Below, one piece after another: positions 48,890 through 59,422 of a stretch of 64,000 nt of DNA. Position numbers and translations under genes: made by a program. The notes below the pieces were generated by a model, which had not been told where the DNA came from, ran no database searches, and saw nothing but the letters and a program-made list of their open reading frames with translations. Source of the stretch: an uncultured bacterium (GTDB lineage: Bacteria > Margulisbacteria > WOR-1 > CAVSGV01); the NCBI GenBank assembly GCA_963768305.1, contig CAVYHE010000010.1, positions 1-64,000 on the forward strand, given 5' to 3'. Position 1 is the stretch's first letter. Each line of letters begins with the position of its first letter.

Positions 48890-49982
48890 CGAAGATATTA
48901 TATCTTTATTCCGATACGGGCGGCGGCCACAGGGCCGCGGCCAATTCTCTTATGACAGCTGTTAAACGGCTTAAAGGCGAAGAGATCGAACAGGAAGCTA
49001 TCGATATCTTCGCCCAAGGCAGCTCTTTCCTTAATATTTTTGCCAGAGCTTATGCTCCCGTGATCAAATACGCGCCGTGGTTCTGGCGCTTCCTGTGGTT
49101 CTCGCTTAACGATAACAAAAGGCTCAAAATAATGGAGAAGATCGCCACGCCTTTCATATTGAACAGTATTGCAAGGATATTCGACGAAAAAAAACCGGAC
49201 ATACTGGTTTCCGTGCATCCGCTTGTGAACCATCTGTCAATTAAAGCAATAAAAAAGATCGGGCTGAATATCCCTTACATTACGGTAACCATGGATCCGG
49301 TGGACCTTCATAAGGCCTGGATAAGCCCGGAAACCGATTATATTACCACTGGCACCGAGGAAGCGAAGCAGATATGCCTGAAGGAAGGACTGCCTGAGAA
49401 CAAGATCAAACTTCTCGGCATCCCCATCGATCCCAGATTCTCCGATGAACACAATAAGAAGGAAGTCAGGAGATCGATGAATTTAAAAGAGGACCTTTAT
49501 ACCGTTCTTGTAATGGGCGGGGGGAAGGCGCGGGCAACATTTTCGACATTGTTTCCCAGTTGAACAGGAGCTCGCTTCAGATGCAGCTTATAGTCATTTG
49601 CGGAAGGAACGAAGCTTTAAAGAATAAGCTCAACTCAATGATGATGAGGTTCCCTAAAAATATAATAGGGTTCACGAATGAAGTGCCGTCGGTAATGGCG
49701 GCTTCCGATATTATCATAACAAAAGGCGGGCCCGGAGCGATCTTTGAAGCATTAGCCAGAGATCTTCCCATGATCATCACAAGCTGGCTTCCCGGACAGG
49801 AAGAGGGGAATATCAAATTCGTCCTTGCCCACGATATCGGAAAGGTCTGCACGGATCCAACTAAGATCATACAAATGATCGAAGAGATCAGATCGGACGT
49901 TCATATTAAAGATAATATTCAAAAAGCGAAGAAACCTCATGCCGTGTTCGATATCGCGAATTTGATCTTGGAACAAATATGA
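48886..49982 (+). CDS. Monogalactosyldiacylglycerol-synthase-family (GT28) glycosyltransferase; frameshift at the G-run near 49520
   Basis: [51 protein letters not shown]. Confidence 0.88.
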
Positions 49983-51436
49983 AACAAATCGCGTTCTCCA
50001 TCGTCATCTTGTTCTTATCCTTATTTTCTCCCGTTCTTTGCCAGGAAATGCCAAAGGATGTTCCATCCGATAACTTCGCGTACAGCGCGATACAGGACCT
50101 AGTTAACAGAGGGATAAACGTTTCTCAAGGTTATCCGGACGGCACATTCAGGGGGGACAGGTATACCAGCCGGTATGAAAATGCGTATCTCATGGCCTCT
50201 CTCGCCCTTAAATTGAAAAGAACAGCTTCGCTTGATCCGGACCTTTCGGACATTAAAGATGAGCTCTCGTATCTGAGAAATGATTTGTCCGGCATAAAAC
50301 AAGCACCTGCCGGGGAAAATGACATTAATTTCGGCGGATCATTGGAATTGAAGAGCATGTTCGGGAACCTGCTCGCGTACGACCGGGATGATATGGGGCT
50401 GTCAGGACCCGAGACGAATTATCGTTTCAAATATACGATAGAAAAGAAAATGAGCGACGACGCCGCTATAAAGGTGAATCTGGATACGATGGACGGTGCG
50501 TTCAATTCATCGACGTTCAGGAATTTTGCTACTGAGATAATGGATTTTGAAGGGGATCTGTCGATCAATATCGGACTGGAAAATCCGCTTAAGATACAGA
50601 CTTTATTCGGGCCCGGCAGTGTCCTTCACAGAGATACAAGCGGCGTTGCGCCCAGCGAGGATGATACCTATTTTGTCAGGCCCAGGCCCACACTTACGGT
50701 ATCAACTATCCTGGGCGGATGGAATGTCGCGGGGACGTACGCCGCGCGCGGAGTTGACAGCTTCGGATCGGTGGCAACGAACGAAGTGAACGTTAAGTTC
50801 GACAGAAAGATCGGCGTCCTGCCGATGGTCGGATCATCGGAATTCACCAGCACGACCAGATATGTTTTCATCGATCTCCTTGACCCGACGAGCATGGCGA
50901 ATGATTTTCATCAGGAAATATCGCTTCTGATGAAGCAAAACGACAGCGTATCGGAAAAGGTCCTTGTGGGATCATCATCAAATGACAGTCCGAACAGCCA
51001 GTATTACTTGAATTTCGAGCTTTACCTGAAGGATCTGTTCAACATAGGCGCAAGTACGAATTTATATTTTAATTCCGTCGGTATGGATTACCGTCAGGGA
51101 CTGGACAGCCTTGAATTCACTCCCCTGAACCTTTTCAACAGAAAGATACTTGACGGAACAATAGATCTGGGGATGGAATTTTCCGCGCCGTTGACGGACA
51201 AACTGACCTTTAAAAATAAAATGGAGCTGGTCACCGATACTTTATACAGGATCGACAGGGACGCTCCGGGCACTTCATATACCCATGAATTTTCACTTGA
51301 CCTGCAAGTCAATAATGATCTGACGTTCAATACTTTTTACAGGTATTATTTCGTTCCGAGCAAGCTTGACCAGTTCTCAAATGCCGTGCCCGAAGAATCC
51401 GATATTCTCGGGTTCGGCTTGAAGTTCGAGTTTTAG
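49979..51436 (+). CDS. SLH-domain outer-membrane beta-barrel-like protein 1
   Basis: Signal peptide, KDVP...AI..LV...GYPDGTFRG...SRYE SLH, coiled coil, amphipathic beta strands, C-terminal Phe. Confidence 0.8.
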   Translation: MKQIAFSIVILFLSLFSPVLCQEMPKDVPSDNFAYSAIQDLVNRGINVSQGYPDGTFRGDRYTSRYENAYLMASLALKLKRTASLDPDLSDIKDELSYLRNDLSGIKQAPAGENDINFGGSLELKSMFGNLLAYDRDDMGLSGPETNYRFKYTIEKKMSDDAAIKVNLDTMDGAFNSSTFRNFATEIMDFEGDLSINIGLENPLKIQTLFGPGSVLHRDTSGVAPSEDDTYFVRPRPTLTVSTILGGWNVAGTYAARGVDSFGSVATNEVNVKFDRKIGVLPMVGSSEFTSTTRYVFIDLLDPTSMANDFHQEISLLMKQNDSVSEKVLVGSSSNDSPNSQYYLNFELYLKDLFNIGASTNLYFNSVGMDYRQGLDSLEFTPLNLFNRKILDGTIDLGMEFSAPLTDKLTFKNKMELVTDTLYRIDRDAPGTSYTHEFSLDLQVNNDLTFNTFYRYYFVPSKLDQFSNAVPEESDILGFGLKFEF

Positions 51437-51462
51437 ACAATAAATTGCCCGAATGATATACT
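51434..51462 (+). promoter_or_regulatory. Sigma-70 promoter for the second SLH protein operon
   Basis: TAGACA-N17-TATACT with TG extension; AAGGAG SD before the ATG at 51481. Confidence 0.65.
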
Positions 51463-51480
51463 AGGGTGAAGGAGAGTAAT

Positions 51481-53082
51481 ATGAAAAAGTTCCTGTTGAT
51501 ATTATCGGTCCTATTTCTTGTGTCAGGATATTGTTTTTCTCTGACAACTTCAGAGGCAAAAACAGCATCAAAAGAAGCAGCGGCCCTTACAACGCCGAAT
51601 ATAACTTCTGAAGCATCATCAACAAAAGAAGCCGTCCAGACCGCTGCTCCTGCGGCTGAGGCTAAAGCGACAAAGATCAAATTCAAGGATGTTCCCGATG
51701 ACCACTGGGCGGCAAGCTCGGTTTATTCGCTGGTGAACATGGGAGTGACGCAGGGCTATCCGGACGGCACGTTCAGGGGAAGCAGCAAAATCACAAGATA
51801 TGAGACCGCGAGCTTGATCTCAAAACTGGCTTCTGCCATAGAGGATGAAAATGATGTAGCGGCCGAGAGAACGAAAGATGAGATCAGGGACGAGATAATG
51901 TCCCTCAGGACGGAGATAGCGGCCCTTAAGCAGGCGCCGGAAGAAAGCGAAAAGCCGTTCTCCGGTCTATTCACCTCAGAGATCATGTTCGGAAATATTG
52001 CGGCGGGGAACACGTCAGTTGAAGGGCAATCCGCTCCGGTAGGGCCGCTTGTCAGGTACAGGCTGCAGACGACATTTTCCAAAGACTTAAGCGACACGGC
52101 AGGATTAAAAGTGAATATCGACACAATGGATTCCGGCTTTGGCGGAGGATCGAGCGATCTTTCAACAAGAATACTTGATGTTGAAGGGGATATGGATTTG
52201 AACATCGGGCTTGAAAATCCGTTGAATGTAATAGTTACAAGCGGGCCCGGCCCTCAGGTTCACACGGAAGAAGCCGTGAACGGAGAATACATAGCAAGGA
52301 GCGAGAACGGAGTTATTTATGTACGCCCATGGAACAGTGTTATGCTCTCTTCAAATATCTTGGGAACGGACCTTAGGCTGGGATATATTGCCAGAGTGAT
52401 AGATCAATTAGGCGCGGTACAAACCAATCAGTACCAGGCAGCGCTCGGGTTTGTTATTCCCAAATTATTCTTGGTACCTTCTTTCAAGCTGAACACTACG
52501 GTTGATTATCTTGCCAATCAGCCTCAATACGATCCATCCGGGCCTACCGACACCAAATTTACTTTTGATTCTTCCGGGATGCTCGCGTCAAAGGTCAAAA
52601 TGGGCTGGTTCTACAGTTTGAATCAGGATGGTTCGGCCCCTCATAATTCAATGGTCGGCTTCCAGCTGGACCTTATGGATGCATGGAATACAGGAACGCT
52701 TTTCACTTTTAAGTACAGAAAAGTGGGAAAGGATTACCTACATGCGGATACTTTGCTTGCAGAGGATCTTTTTGCGGGGTTGGATGCCTTTAACAGATAT
52801 ATCGGCAGCGGAGAGGGTCTGGGCATTGTGGATGTAGGCGGCGAGCTTACCCAGACTATCACGGATACTTTCAGGTTGCTCGGCAGGATCGACTGGAGGC
52901 TGACGCCTGACAACAAGTATGACAGCGATTCTCCTCAATGCGGGCTTGTGATGGAAGGCGGGATCTCCTGGGATATCGCCACCGATACGGTATTTGAAAC
53001 ATTATACAGGACCGAGACAATACCTTCCGCGGCGGACAAATCCACCGACCTGCTCCAGCTGAGCCTGTCGTATAAGTTCTAG
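51481..53082 (+). CDS. SLH-domain outer-membrane beta-barrel-like protein 2 (paralog of 1)
   Basis: Signal peptide, Ala/Thr linker, FKDVPDDHWA...GYPDGTFRG..ITRYE; shares KVNxDTMD and LxxNIGLENPL with the paralog; ends LSLSYKF. Confidence 0.82.
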   Translation: MKKFLLILSVLFLVSGYCFSLTTSEAKTASKEAAALTTPNITSEASSTKEAVQTAAPAAEAKATKIKFKDVPDDHWAASSVYSLVNMGVTQGYPDGTFRGSSKITRYETASLISKLASAIEDENDVAAERTKDEIRDEIMSLRTEIAALKQAPEESEKPFSGLFTSEIMFGNIAAGNTSVEGQSAPVGPLVRYRLQTTFSKDLSDTAGLKVNIDTMDSGFGGGSSDLSTRILDVEGDMDLNIGLENPLNVIVTSGPGPQVHTEEAVNGEYIARSENGVIYVRPWNSVMLSSNILGTDLRLGYIARVIDQLGAVQTNQYQAALGFVIPKLFLVPSFKLNTTVDYLANQPQYDPSGPTDTKFTFDSSGMLASKVKMGWFYSLNQDGSAPHNSMVGFQLDLMDAWNTGTLFTFKYRKVGKDYLHADTLLAEDLFAGLDAFNRYIGSGEGLGIVDVGGELTQTITDTFRLLGRIDWRLTPDNKYDSDSPQCGLVMEGGISWDIATDTVFETLYRTETIPSAADKSTDLLQLSLSYKF

Positions 53083-53084
53083 CC

Positions 53085-53849
53085 TTGGAACTTAACGGGC
53101 TGAAAACCAGGGTAGTCGGCAAGAGGATCCTCTTTATTGAGGAAACCGATTCAACAAATGAAGAAGCGCGCCGGCTTGCCAAACTCGGCGAAAAAGAAGG
53201 CACTGTTATCATTGCCGCTTCCCAAACAAAAGGAAAGGGCAGGGCCGGCAGGCGGTGGATATCACCGGACGGCGGGCTTTACATCTCGATCATTTTAAAA
53301 CCCTATGTAAGCGCATCAAATCTTCCTTTGATCACACTTTTTTCCGCGGTCGCGGCGGTCCGGACCATAAGAGGCTTGACCAAGCTGAGCGCTTCGGTCA
53401 AGTGGCCGAATGATATCATCATATCGGGGAGGAAGGCCGGCGGGATCCTTTGCGAAGCAGCGAAAAATTTCATGATCGTCGGGATCGGGATAAATCTCAA
53501 TACGAACCTCAGCCTTTTTCCTTCTGCACTTAAAAAACAGGTCACATCCTTGAAATTCGAGCTTGGGGCCAATGTGGACAGGGACAAGATAACAAAGATC
53601 CTTCTTGAGGAATTCGATAAGCTTTACAATGATTTCCTGCATCACAGGTCGGAAAATATAATATCTGAATGGAGCGGCTACTGCCTCATGTTGGGAAATC
53701 CCGTCAGCATAGAAACATCGAAAGGTGTGGTCGTGGGCATAGCGGAAGGTGTGGGGAGCAGGGGAGAGTTGCGGGTCAGGGAGTATGATGGTAAAATCAT
53801 TAAAGTATTTTCGGGGGACGTGATCAAGGTAAATCCGGAGCATTTATGA
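53085..53849 (+). CDS. birA: Biotin-[acetyl-CoA-carboxylase] ligase (no N-terminal HTH)
   Basis: DSTNE, QTKGKGRAGRRWISP, VKWPND, KAGGILCE. Confidence 0.95.
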   Translation: MELNGLKTRVVGKRILFIEETDSTNEEARRLAKLGEKEGTVIIAASQTKGKGRAGRRWISPDGGLYISIILKPYVSASNLPLITLFSAVAAVRTIRGLTKLSASVKWPNDIIISGRKAGGILCEAAKNFMIVGIGINLNTNLSLFPSALKKQVTSLKFELGANVDRDKITKILLEEFDKLYNDFLHHRSENIISEWSGYCLMLGNPVSIETSKGVVVGIAEGVGSRGELRVREYDGKIIKVFSGDVIKVNPEHL

Positions 53850-54208
53850 ACAAAGCAAGAGGTATAAGGGGCGCTATAACGGTATCAAAAAACTCGAAGA
53901 ATGACATCTTATCATCCACGAGAGAGCTCCTTCGCGAGATCATCCGCGTGAACAAGATCAGGGCCGATGATATTGCCAGCATTATTTTCACCTCTACGAG
54001 CGACCTGAATGCGGAATTTCCCGCGACCGCCGCAAGAAGTTTGGGATTGAAAGCCACTCCTTTGCTTTGCGCCCGCGAGATAAATGTGCCGGGCTCGCTC
54101 AGGAAATGCATAAGAATTTTGATGCTGGTAAATTCCGACAAGGCGCAGTCTTCAATAAAGCATGTTTATTTAAGAAGCGCGAAAATATTGAGGGAAGATC
54201 TGAATTAA
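53846..54208 (+). CDS. aroH: Chorismate mutase, AroH class
   Basis: RGIRGAITV, DLNAEFPA, CIRIL, HVYL..A..LREDL. Confidence 0.95.
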   Translation: MNKARGIRGAITVSKNSKNDILSSTRELLREIIRVNKIRADDIASIIFTSTSDLNAEFPATAARSLGLKATPLLCAREINVPGSLRKCIRILMLVNSDKAQSSIKHVYLRSAKILREDLN

Positions 54209-54226
54209 CCAGGAGGTTTTCTTATT

Positions 54227-55246
54227 ATGATGATAATCATGAGATCCGATGCGACCGACGAACAGATAAATCATGTGACCGATACATTGAAAAAAATGGG
54301 TTTTGGAGTGCACCTGTCGCGCGGGGTGGAGCGGGCAATAATCGGCGCGATAGGGGACAAACGCACTGTTACCGTTGAGAACCTCCTTGTCCTCCCGGGC
54401 GTTGCGGATGTCGTTCCCATAAGGAAACCGTTCAAGCTTGTTTCGCGCGAATTCAAGAAAGAAGATACCGTTGTCAATATAGGCGGCGGAGTTCATATTG
54501 GAGCGTCCGCGCCAATATGCATCATTGCCGGGCCGTGCTCGGTCGAATCAAAGGACCAGATAGTCGAAACAGCCGAAGCGGTGAAAAAGGCCGGGGCGAA
54601 AGCCTTGCGCGGCGGGGCTTTCAAGCCAAGGACATCGCCTTATTCATTCCAGGGACTCGGAGAAGAGGGGTTAAAGTACCTTGCGGAAGCGAAAAAGAGA
54701 ACGGGGCTTCCCATTGTCACGGAGGTAATGGATACCAGGGATGTTGACCTCGTGAAAAAATATGCCGATGTCCTTCAGATAGGCGCGAGGAACATGCAGA
54801 ATTTCACTCTTTTGAAAGAAGTTGGCAAGGCGAAAAAGCCCGTTCTGCTGAAGCGCGGATCAGGAAGTTCAATAGAAGATCTTCTGATGGCGGCGGAATA
54901 TGTCATATCGGAGGGCAACCGCGACATCATTTTATGCGAGAGAGGGATCAAGACCGCCGAAACATACACAAGGAACACCCTGGATCTGAATGCAATCCCG
55001 GTCATCAAGAAACTGACGCATTTGCCTGTTATCGTTGACCCAAGCCACGGCATAGGCATTTGGGACCTTGTCCCGGCTATGGCGAAAGCATCCATCGCCG
55101 CGGGAGCCGACGGATTGATCATAGAAGTGCATCTCAAGCCGGAAGAGGCGCTGTCAGACGGCGCGCAATCGCTTAAGCCTGATAATTTTGAGCAGCTAAT
55201 GAATGACCTGAAAAAAATAGCCGAGGCTATCGGAAGAAAATTCTGA
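54227..55246 (+). CDS. aroF: DAHP synthase, type I-beta with N-terminal regulatory domain
   Basis: [39 protein letters not shown]. Confidence 0.95.
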   Translation: MMIIMRSDATDEQINHVTDTLKKMGFGVHLSRGVERAIIGAIGDKRTVTVENLLVLPGVADVVPIRKPFKLVSREFKKEDTVVNIGGGVHIGASAPICIIAGPCSVESKDQIVETAEAVKKAGAKALRGGAFKPRTSPYSFQGLGEEGLKYLAEAKKRTGLPIVTEVMDTRDVDLVKKYADVLQIGARNMQNFTLLKEVGKAKKPVLLKRGSGSSIEDLLMAAEYVISEGNRDIILCERGIKTAETYTRNTLDLNAIPVIKKLTHLPVIVDPSHGIGIWDLVPAMAKASIAAGADGLIIEVHLKPEEALSDGAQSLKPDNFEQLMNDLKKIAEAIGRKF

Positions 55247-56740
55247 ATGAAGATAAATCTTGCCGGATACAATCTTGACTCCGATGTCATAGAGGAATTA
55301 AAAGCCCTGTCCCCCGGACGACTGGATGCTACGCCCGAGACCCTTTCAGCTTCCTATGCCCGCATAAGCAGGGATCCCAGATCAATAGACGAGCTCAGAA
55401 AAGCCGCGCGTCTGGAAGTGGAATCCGCCAGAAAATCCAACAAGACCATCATTTTCAAGATGGGCCATCATTCCGTCGCGGAGCACGCGGTCTTCAATTT
55501 TGACATCATAGGGGTCTCAAGGCTCGCGATGGAATATCTGGAGCGCTTCAGGCTGTGTTCTTTCACGGAAAAATCCCAGCGCTACATCACTTTAGGAGGG
55601 GAGTACACGGTCCCCGAGGAGATCAGAAATTCCAGTTTTGCCAAGGAATTCAGGTCGATCATAGAACTTCAGAATGAGTTTTACCATCGATCCTATGAAA
55701 AGCTGAAAGCTCATGTCTTTGCGAAGAACAGCGAACTCGCGAAGGATGAAAAGAACCATAATCTCCTTGAAGGATGGGCGAAAGAGGATGCCCGATACAT
55801 CACTTCTCTGGCGACGGAAGGGCAGCTGGGCTTGACGGTCAATGCCAGGAACCTGGAGTTGATATTGAGGCGGTTCGCGTCAAATCCATATGCGGAGGTC
55901 AAAGAGATCGGCAGGGAGCTTTACAGATTGGCCACGGCGGTGGCGCCGTCCATACTACTTTTTACCGAAGCCAATGATTTTGACTCCAAGACATATGATG
56001 AAATAGCAGCTGTGAAACCCGACGCTATAGTGTCGGTTATGAAAAAAAACAACCGAGACTTCAGTCTCGGGTTTGTAACTCTTGAGAATTATACAAAAAA
56101 TGCCGATGACATCGTAGTTGCCGCACTTTTACATACGACATCGAACCTTTCATTTGCCGACTGCAGGAAAGCCGTCGGTAAAATGGCGCCTGTCAAAAAG
56201 AAAGATATCATCAAAGCTTCGATGAAAAGGATGGAATTCTATGATGCGACATTAAGGGAATTTGAGCTTATAGATATTACATATGATATGGTCATTTCCG
56301 CTTCATGTTTCGCGCAATTAAAACGCCACAGGACGGCCACTTTGACGGCTCAGGATTATGATCCGTCATTGGGGGTAACGATCCCCCAGGCGATCGTTGA
56401 TGTCAAGCTTGATAAGGAATTCATGAGGATCGTGAAGATGACGGAAGATCTCTTCTACGAGATGGAATCAAAACTTGGCGGATGTGCGCAGTATATATTG
56501 ACCAATGCCCACAGGAGGAGGGTCCTGATGGGCGTGAACGCGAGGGAGCTTTATCATATTTCCAGGCTAAGGGAAGACGCTCACGCGCAATGGGACATCC
56601 AGAATATCGCGGCCCAGATGGCCAGGCTGGCGAAAAAGAAAATGCCGCTCACATTCATGCTGATCGGCGGAAAAGATAAATATCCGGAGATATATAAGAA
56701 AGTTTATGGAGTCCTACCGAAATTGATCCCGCCGAAGTAA
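55247..56740 (+). CDS. thyX: FAD-dependent thymidylate synthase, tandem two-domain form
   Basis: GHHSVAEH...SFTEKSQRY...EDARY in the N-half; QLKRHR...NARELYH..RLR..HAQWDI in the C-half. Confidence 0.88.
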   Translation: MKINLAGYNLDSDVIEELKALSPGRLDATPETLSASYARISRDPRSIDELRKAARLEVESARKSNKTIIFKMGHHSVAEHAVFNFDIIGVSRLAMEYLERFRLCSFTEKSQRYITLGGEYTVPEEIRNSSFAKEFRSIIELQNEFYHRSYEKLKAHVFAKNSELAKDEKNHNLLEGWAKEDARYITSLATEGQLGLTVNARNLELILRRFASNPYAEVKEIGRELYRLATAVAPSILLFTEANDFDSKTYDEIAAVKPDAIVSVMKKNNRDFSLGFVTLENYTKNADDIVVAALLHTTSNLSFADCRKAVGKMAPVKKKDIIKASMKRMEFYDATLREFELIDITYDMVISASCFAQLKRHRTATLTAQDYDPSLGVTIPQAIVDVKLDKEFMRIVKMTEDLFYEMESKLGGCAQYILTNAHRRRVLMGVNARELYHISRLREDAHAQWDIQNIAAQMARLAKKKMPLTFMLIGGKDKYPEIYKKVYGVLPKLIPPK

Positions 56741-56746
56741 TTCGAT

Positions 56747-57817
56747 TTATCTGCAAAGCCTCGCGATATTCTCGATCAGCTTTCCCATCCCGTCCTTTTT
56801 CAGGGCGGAAATGGCGACAGCGGGGGAATATTTCTTGATAAGGACTTTTGGATCGCCATTGTATTTGTCGATCTTGTTGAACACCGTTAGTATCGGCTTT
56901 GTGATAGCCGATAGGTCCTCAAGCACCTTGTAAGTCGCGTTTATCTGCCCGATGAAATTCGGGTTGGAAATATCGACTATATGTATCAGCAGGTCAGCTT
57001 CAGTCACCTCTTCAAGCGTCGCCTGGAAAGCTTCCACCAGATCGTGAGGCAAATTCTGGATAAATCCGACAGTATCGGTTAAAAGCACTTCTTTTTTATT
57101 CGGAAGCTTTAATATCCGCGTTACCGGATCAAGCGTTGCGAACAATTTGTCCTCCGCTGTCACGCCTGCGCCTGTCAAAGTATTGAGCAGCGTGGATTTT
57201 CCCGCGTTCGTATAGCCCACTATGGCGGCAACGGTTATGTTCGACTGCCTTCTTCTTTCCCTTCTTACTCCTCTGTGGCGGCGAACATCTTCAAGTTCTT
57301 TTTTAAGCTGTGACAGTCGATCTCTGATCCTTCTTCGGTCCATTTCAAGCTTTGTTTCTCCCGGCCCCCTTGTGCCTATTCCGCCGCCCAGCCTTGAAAG
57401 CTCAACTCCTTTTCCAGTCAAATGGGTCAAAGTGTAATTGTCCTGCGCGAGCTCCACCTGAAGCTTTCCTTCGCGCGTATGCGCGTGCTGGGCAAAGATG
57501 TCCAGTATCAGGCCTGTCCGGTCGATAACTTTTAGCCCCAGCGCATTCTGAAGGTTCCTTACTTGAGAAGGGAAAAGGTCATTATTGAATATCACCAATT
57601 GAGCATCGGTCGAAGCACAGAGGGCCTTAAGCTCATCCACTTTTCCTTTGCCGATGTAGAATTTTACATCAGGCTTTTCCCTGGACTGCACAAGCTCTCC
57701 GACAGAATACGCTCCCGCGGTCTTTGCCAGCGCTTCCAGCTCCACCAAACCATAAGGGTCGATCTTTGACTTTTTGAGACTAACGTCTGCGAGGACAGCG
57801 CTTTCCGGTTTCTTCAT
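56747..57817 (-). CDS. hflX: GTPase HflX
   Basis: GIGTRGPGETKLE, GYTNAGKSTL, FATLD, DTVGFI, NKID. Confidence 0.96.
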   Translation of the reverse strand: MKKPESAVLADVSLKKSKIDPYGLVELEALAKTAGAYSVGELVQSREKPDVKFYIGKGKVDELKALCASTDAQLVIFNNDLFPSQVRNLQNALGLKVIDRTGLILDIFAQHAHTREGKLQVELAQDNYTLTHLTGKGVELSRLGGGIGTRGPGETKLEMDRRRIRDRLSQLKKELEDVRRHRGVRRERRRQSNITVAAIVGYTNAGKSTLLNTLTGAGVTAEDKLFATLDPVTRILKLPNKKEVLLTDTVGFIQNLPHDLVEAFQATLEEVTEADLLIHIVDISNPNFIGQINATYKVLEDLSAITKPILTVFNKIDKYNGDPKVLIKKYSPAVAISALKKDGMGKLIENIARLCR

Positions 57818-58801
57818 TCTTCCTTCATTTCGCGCTGCATCAGGGAGGAAAAAGCCTTGAAAGGGTTTTTGCCTTCATATATAACGGAGTAAACTTCCTC
57901 TGTTATCGGCATTTCTATCTTTAATTTTCTTGATATTTCCCTTGCCGCCTTTGACGTGGGAACGCCTTCGGCGACATCATACATTTTTGTCACGATGTCA
58001 TTAAAGTGTTTTCCCTGCGCTATTTCCATTCCCACATGATGGTTCCTTGATAATGTGCTGGAGCAGGTGGTAATCAGGTCGCCTATACCGGACAGGCCAT
58101 TAAATGTTTCCGCCTTTCCGCCCATTGCTACTCCAAGCCTTTTTATCTCCGCTATTCCCCGTACCATCAGAGCGGACTTCGCGTTATTCCCGAACATCAG
58201 GCCGTCACCAACTCCTGCAGCTATCGCGATTATATTTTTTAACGCGCCCCCGAGCTCAACGCCGGTAACATCCGTGTTCACATAGACCCTGAACCTTCCG
58301 TTGTTAAGGACCATTCTGGACGAATTTTGCAATGTCGATATTTTTTGAGGCCGCCACGGCGGCAGCCGGCAGGCCCCTGGCTATCTCTTTTGAAATGTTC
58401 GGCCCGGATATCACGGCTATGTTATCGCATGGAAGTTCTTCTTTTATCACTTCGGTCATTCTTTTTTGGGTCTCTATCTCCAGCCCTTTCACCGCGCTTA
58501 TGATGACCGCGTCTTTTTTAACGTGTTTTGCCGCGTTCTTAAGAGTTCTCCTTAAATACTGCGAAGGCGTGGCGATTATCAGGACCTCATTTGCGCATGC
58601 TTTTATGATGTCGCCTGTAGCGTCGATACCGCTCGGAAGCTGGAAACCGTTCAGATATTTTTTGTTCTCCCTGAATTCATTGATACTTTTTGCCACATCA
58701 TCTTCAAAGGACCAAATCGTTACAGTGTGGCCATTTTCGGCCGCCAGTATCGATAAAGTGGTCCCCCAGGCGCCGGCTCCGATCACGGAAATTTTCGACA
58801 A
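57814..58801 (-). CDS. gpsA: NAD(P)H-dependent glycerol-3-phosphate dehydrogenase (frameshift near 58315)
   Basis: GAGAWGT, SGPN, GGALKN, GDLITTC.S..SRN. Confidence 0.95.
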
Positions 58802-58802
58802 A

Positions 58803-59414
58803 TTATTTATTCCCCCATATCTTCGATTCAGTGCCGGCCATCAATCGTCTGATATTAGGTATGTGTTTGTAGATAACAAGTAGAGCGACGATGGCAGTGG
58901 CTATCGAATATTCGATAGGCTTGTGATATGCGAACATCAGGATCGACAGCAGAATAACGCCTGTTATCGATGCTACAGAAACATATCTTGTGACCGCGAT
59001 CGCTATTGCCACGTAGATCAACGCGATCAGGAAAAGATCGGGCGCTATCCCCGCCAGAACGCCAAGGCTGGTTGCCGCCCCTTTGCCGCCCTTAAATCCC
59101 AGATATAAAGGGAACATGTGTCCGATCACCGCGGCCAGACCAGACAGGACTATAAAGGTTTCTTTTGATAATAAGGGAGGCGATGCGGGGAGCATAAGCT
59201 GCGCCAGATATATTGAAGCGGTGCCTTTGAGCAGATCCAGAAGGAACACCAGCGATGCGGGGATCACACCAAGAGACCTGTAAATATTCGTGGCGCCTAT
59301 GTTGCCGCTTCCGACCTTTCTGATGTCAACGCCGGCCAGCCTGGAAATGATAACTCCGAAAGGAATGGAACCGATCAAGTAGCCCAAGAGTACCGGGAGC
59401 AGAGAATTAAGCAT
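58803..59414 (-). CDS. plsY: Glycerol-3-phosphate acyltransferase
   Basis: GSGNIGATN, DLLKG, GH.FP...FKGGKG, HIPNIRRL..GTE. Confidence 0.96.
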   Translation of the reverse strand: MLNSLLPVLLGYLIGSIPFGVIISRLAGVDIRKVGSGNIGATNIYRSLGVIPASLVFLLDLLKGTASIYLAQLMLPASPPLLSKETFIVLSGLAAVIGHMFPLYLGFKGGKGAATSLGVLAGIAPDLFLIALIYVAIAIAVTRYVSVASITGVILLSILMFAYHKPIEYSIATAIVALLVIYKHIPNIRRLMAGTESKIWGNK

Positions 59415-59422
59415 AATGCCTG

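Noticed and set aside
48082..59003. HIP1 (GCGATCGC) over-representation
   Set aside because: Only about two copies were noticed in 64 kb, which is no evidence of cyanobacterial-level enrichment.
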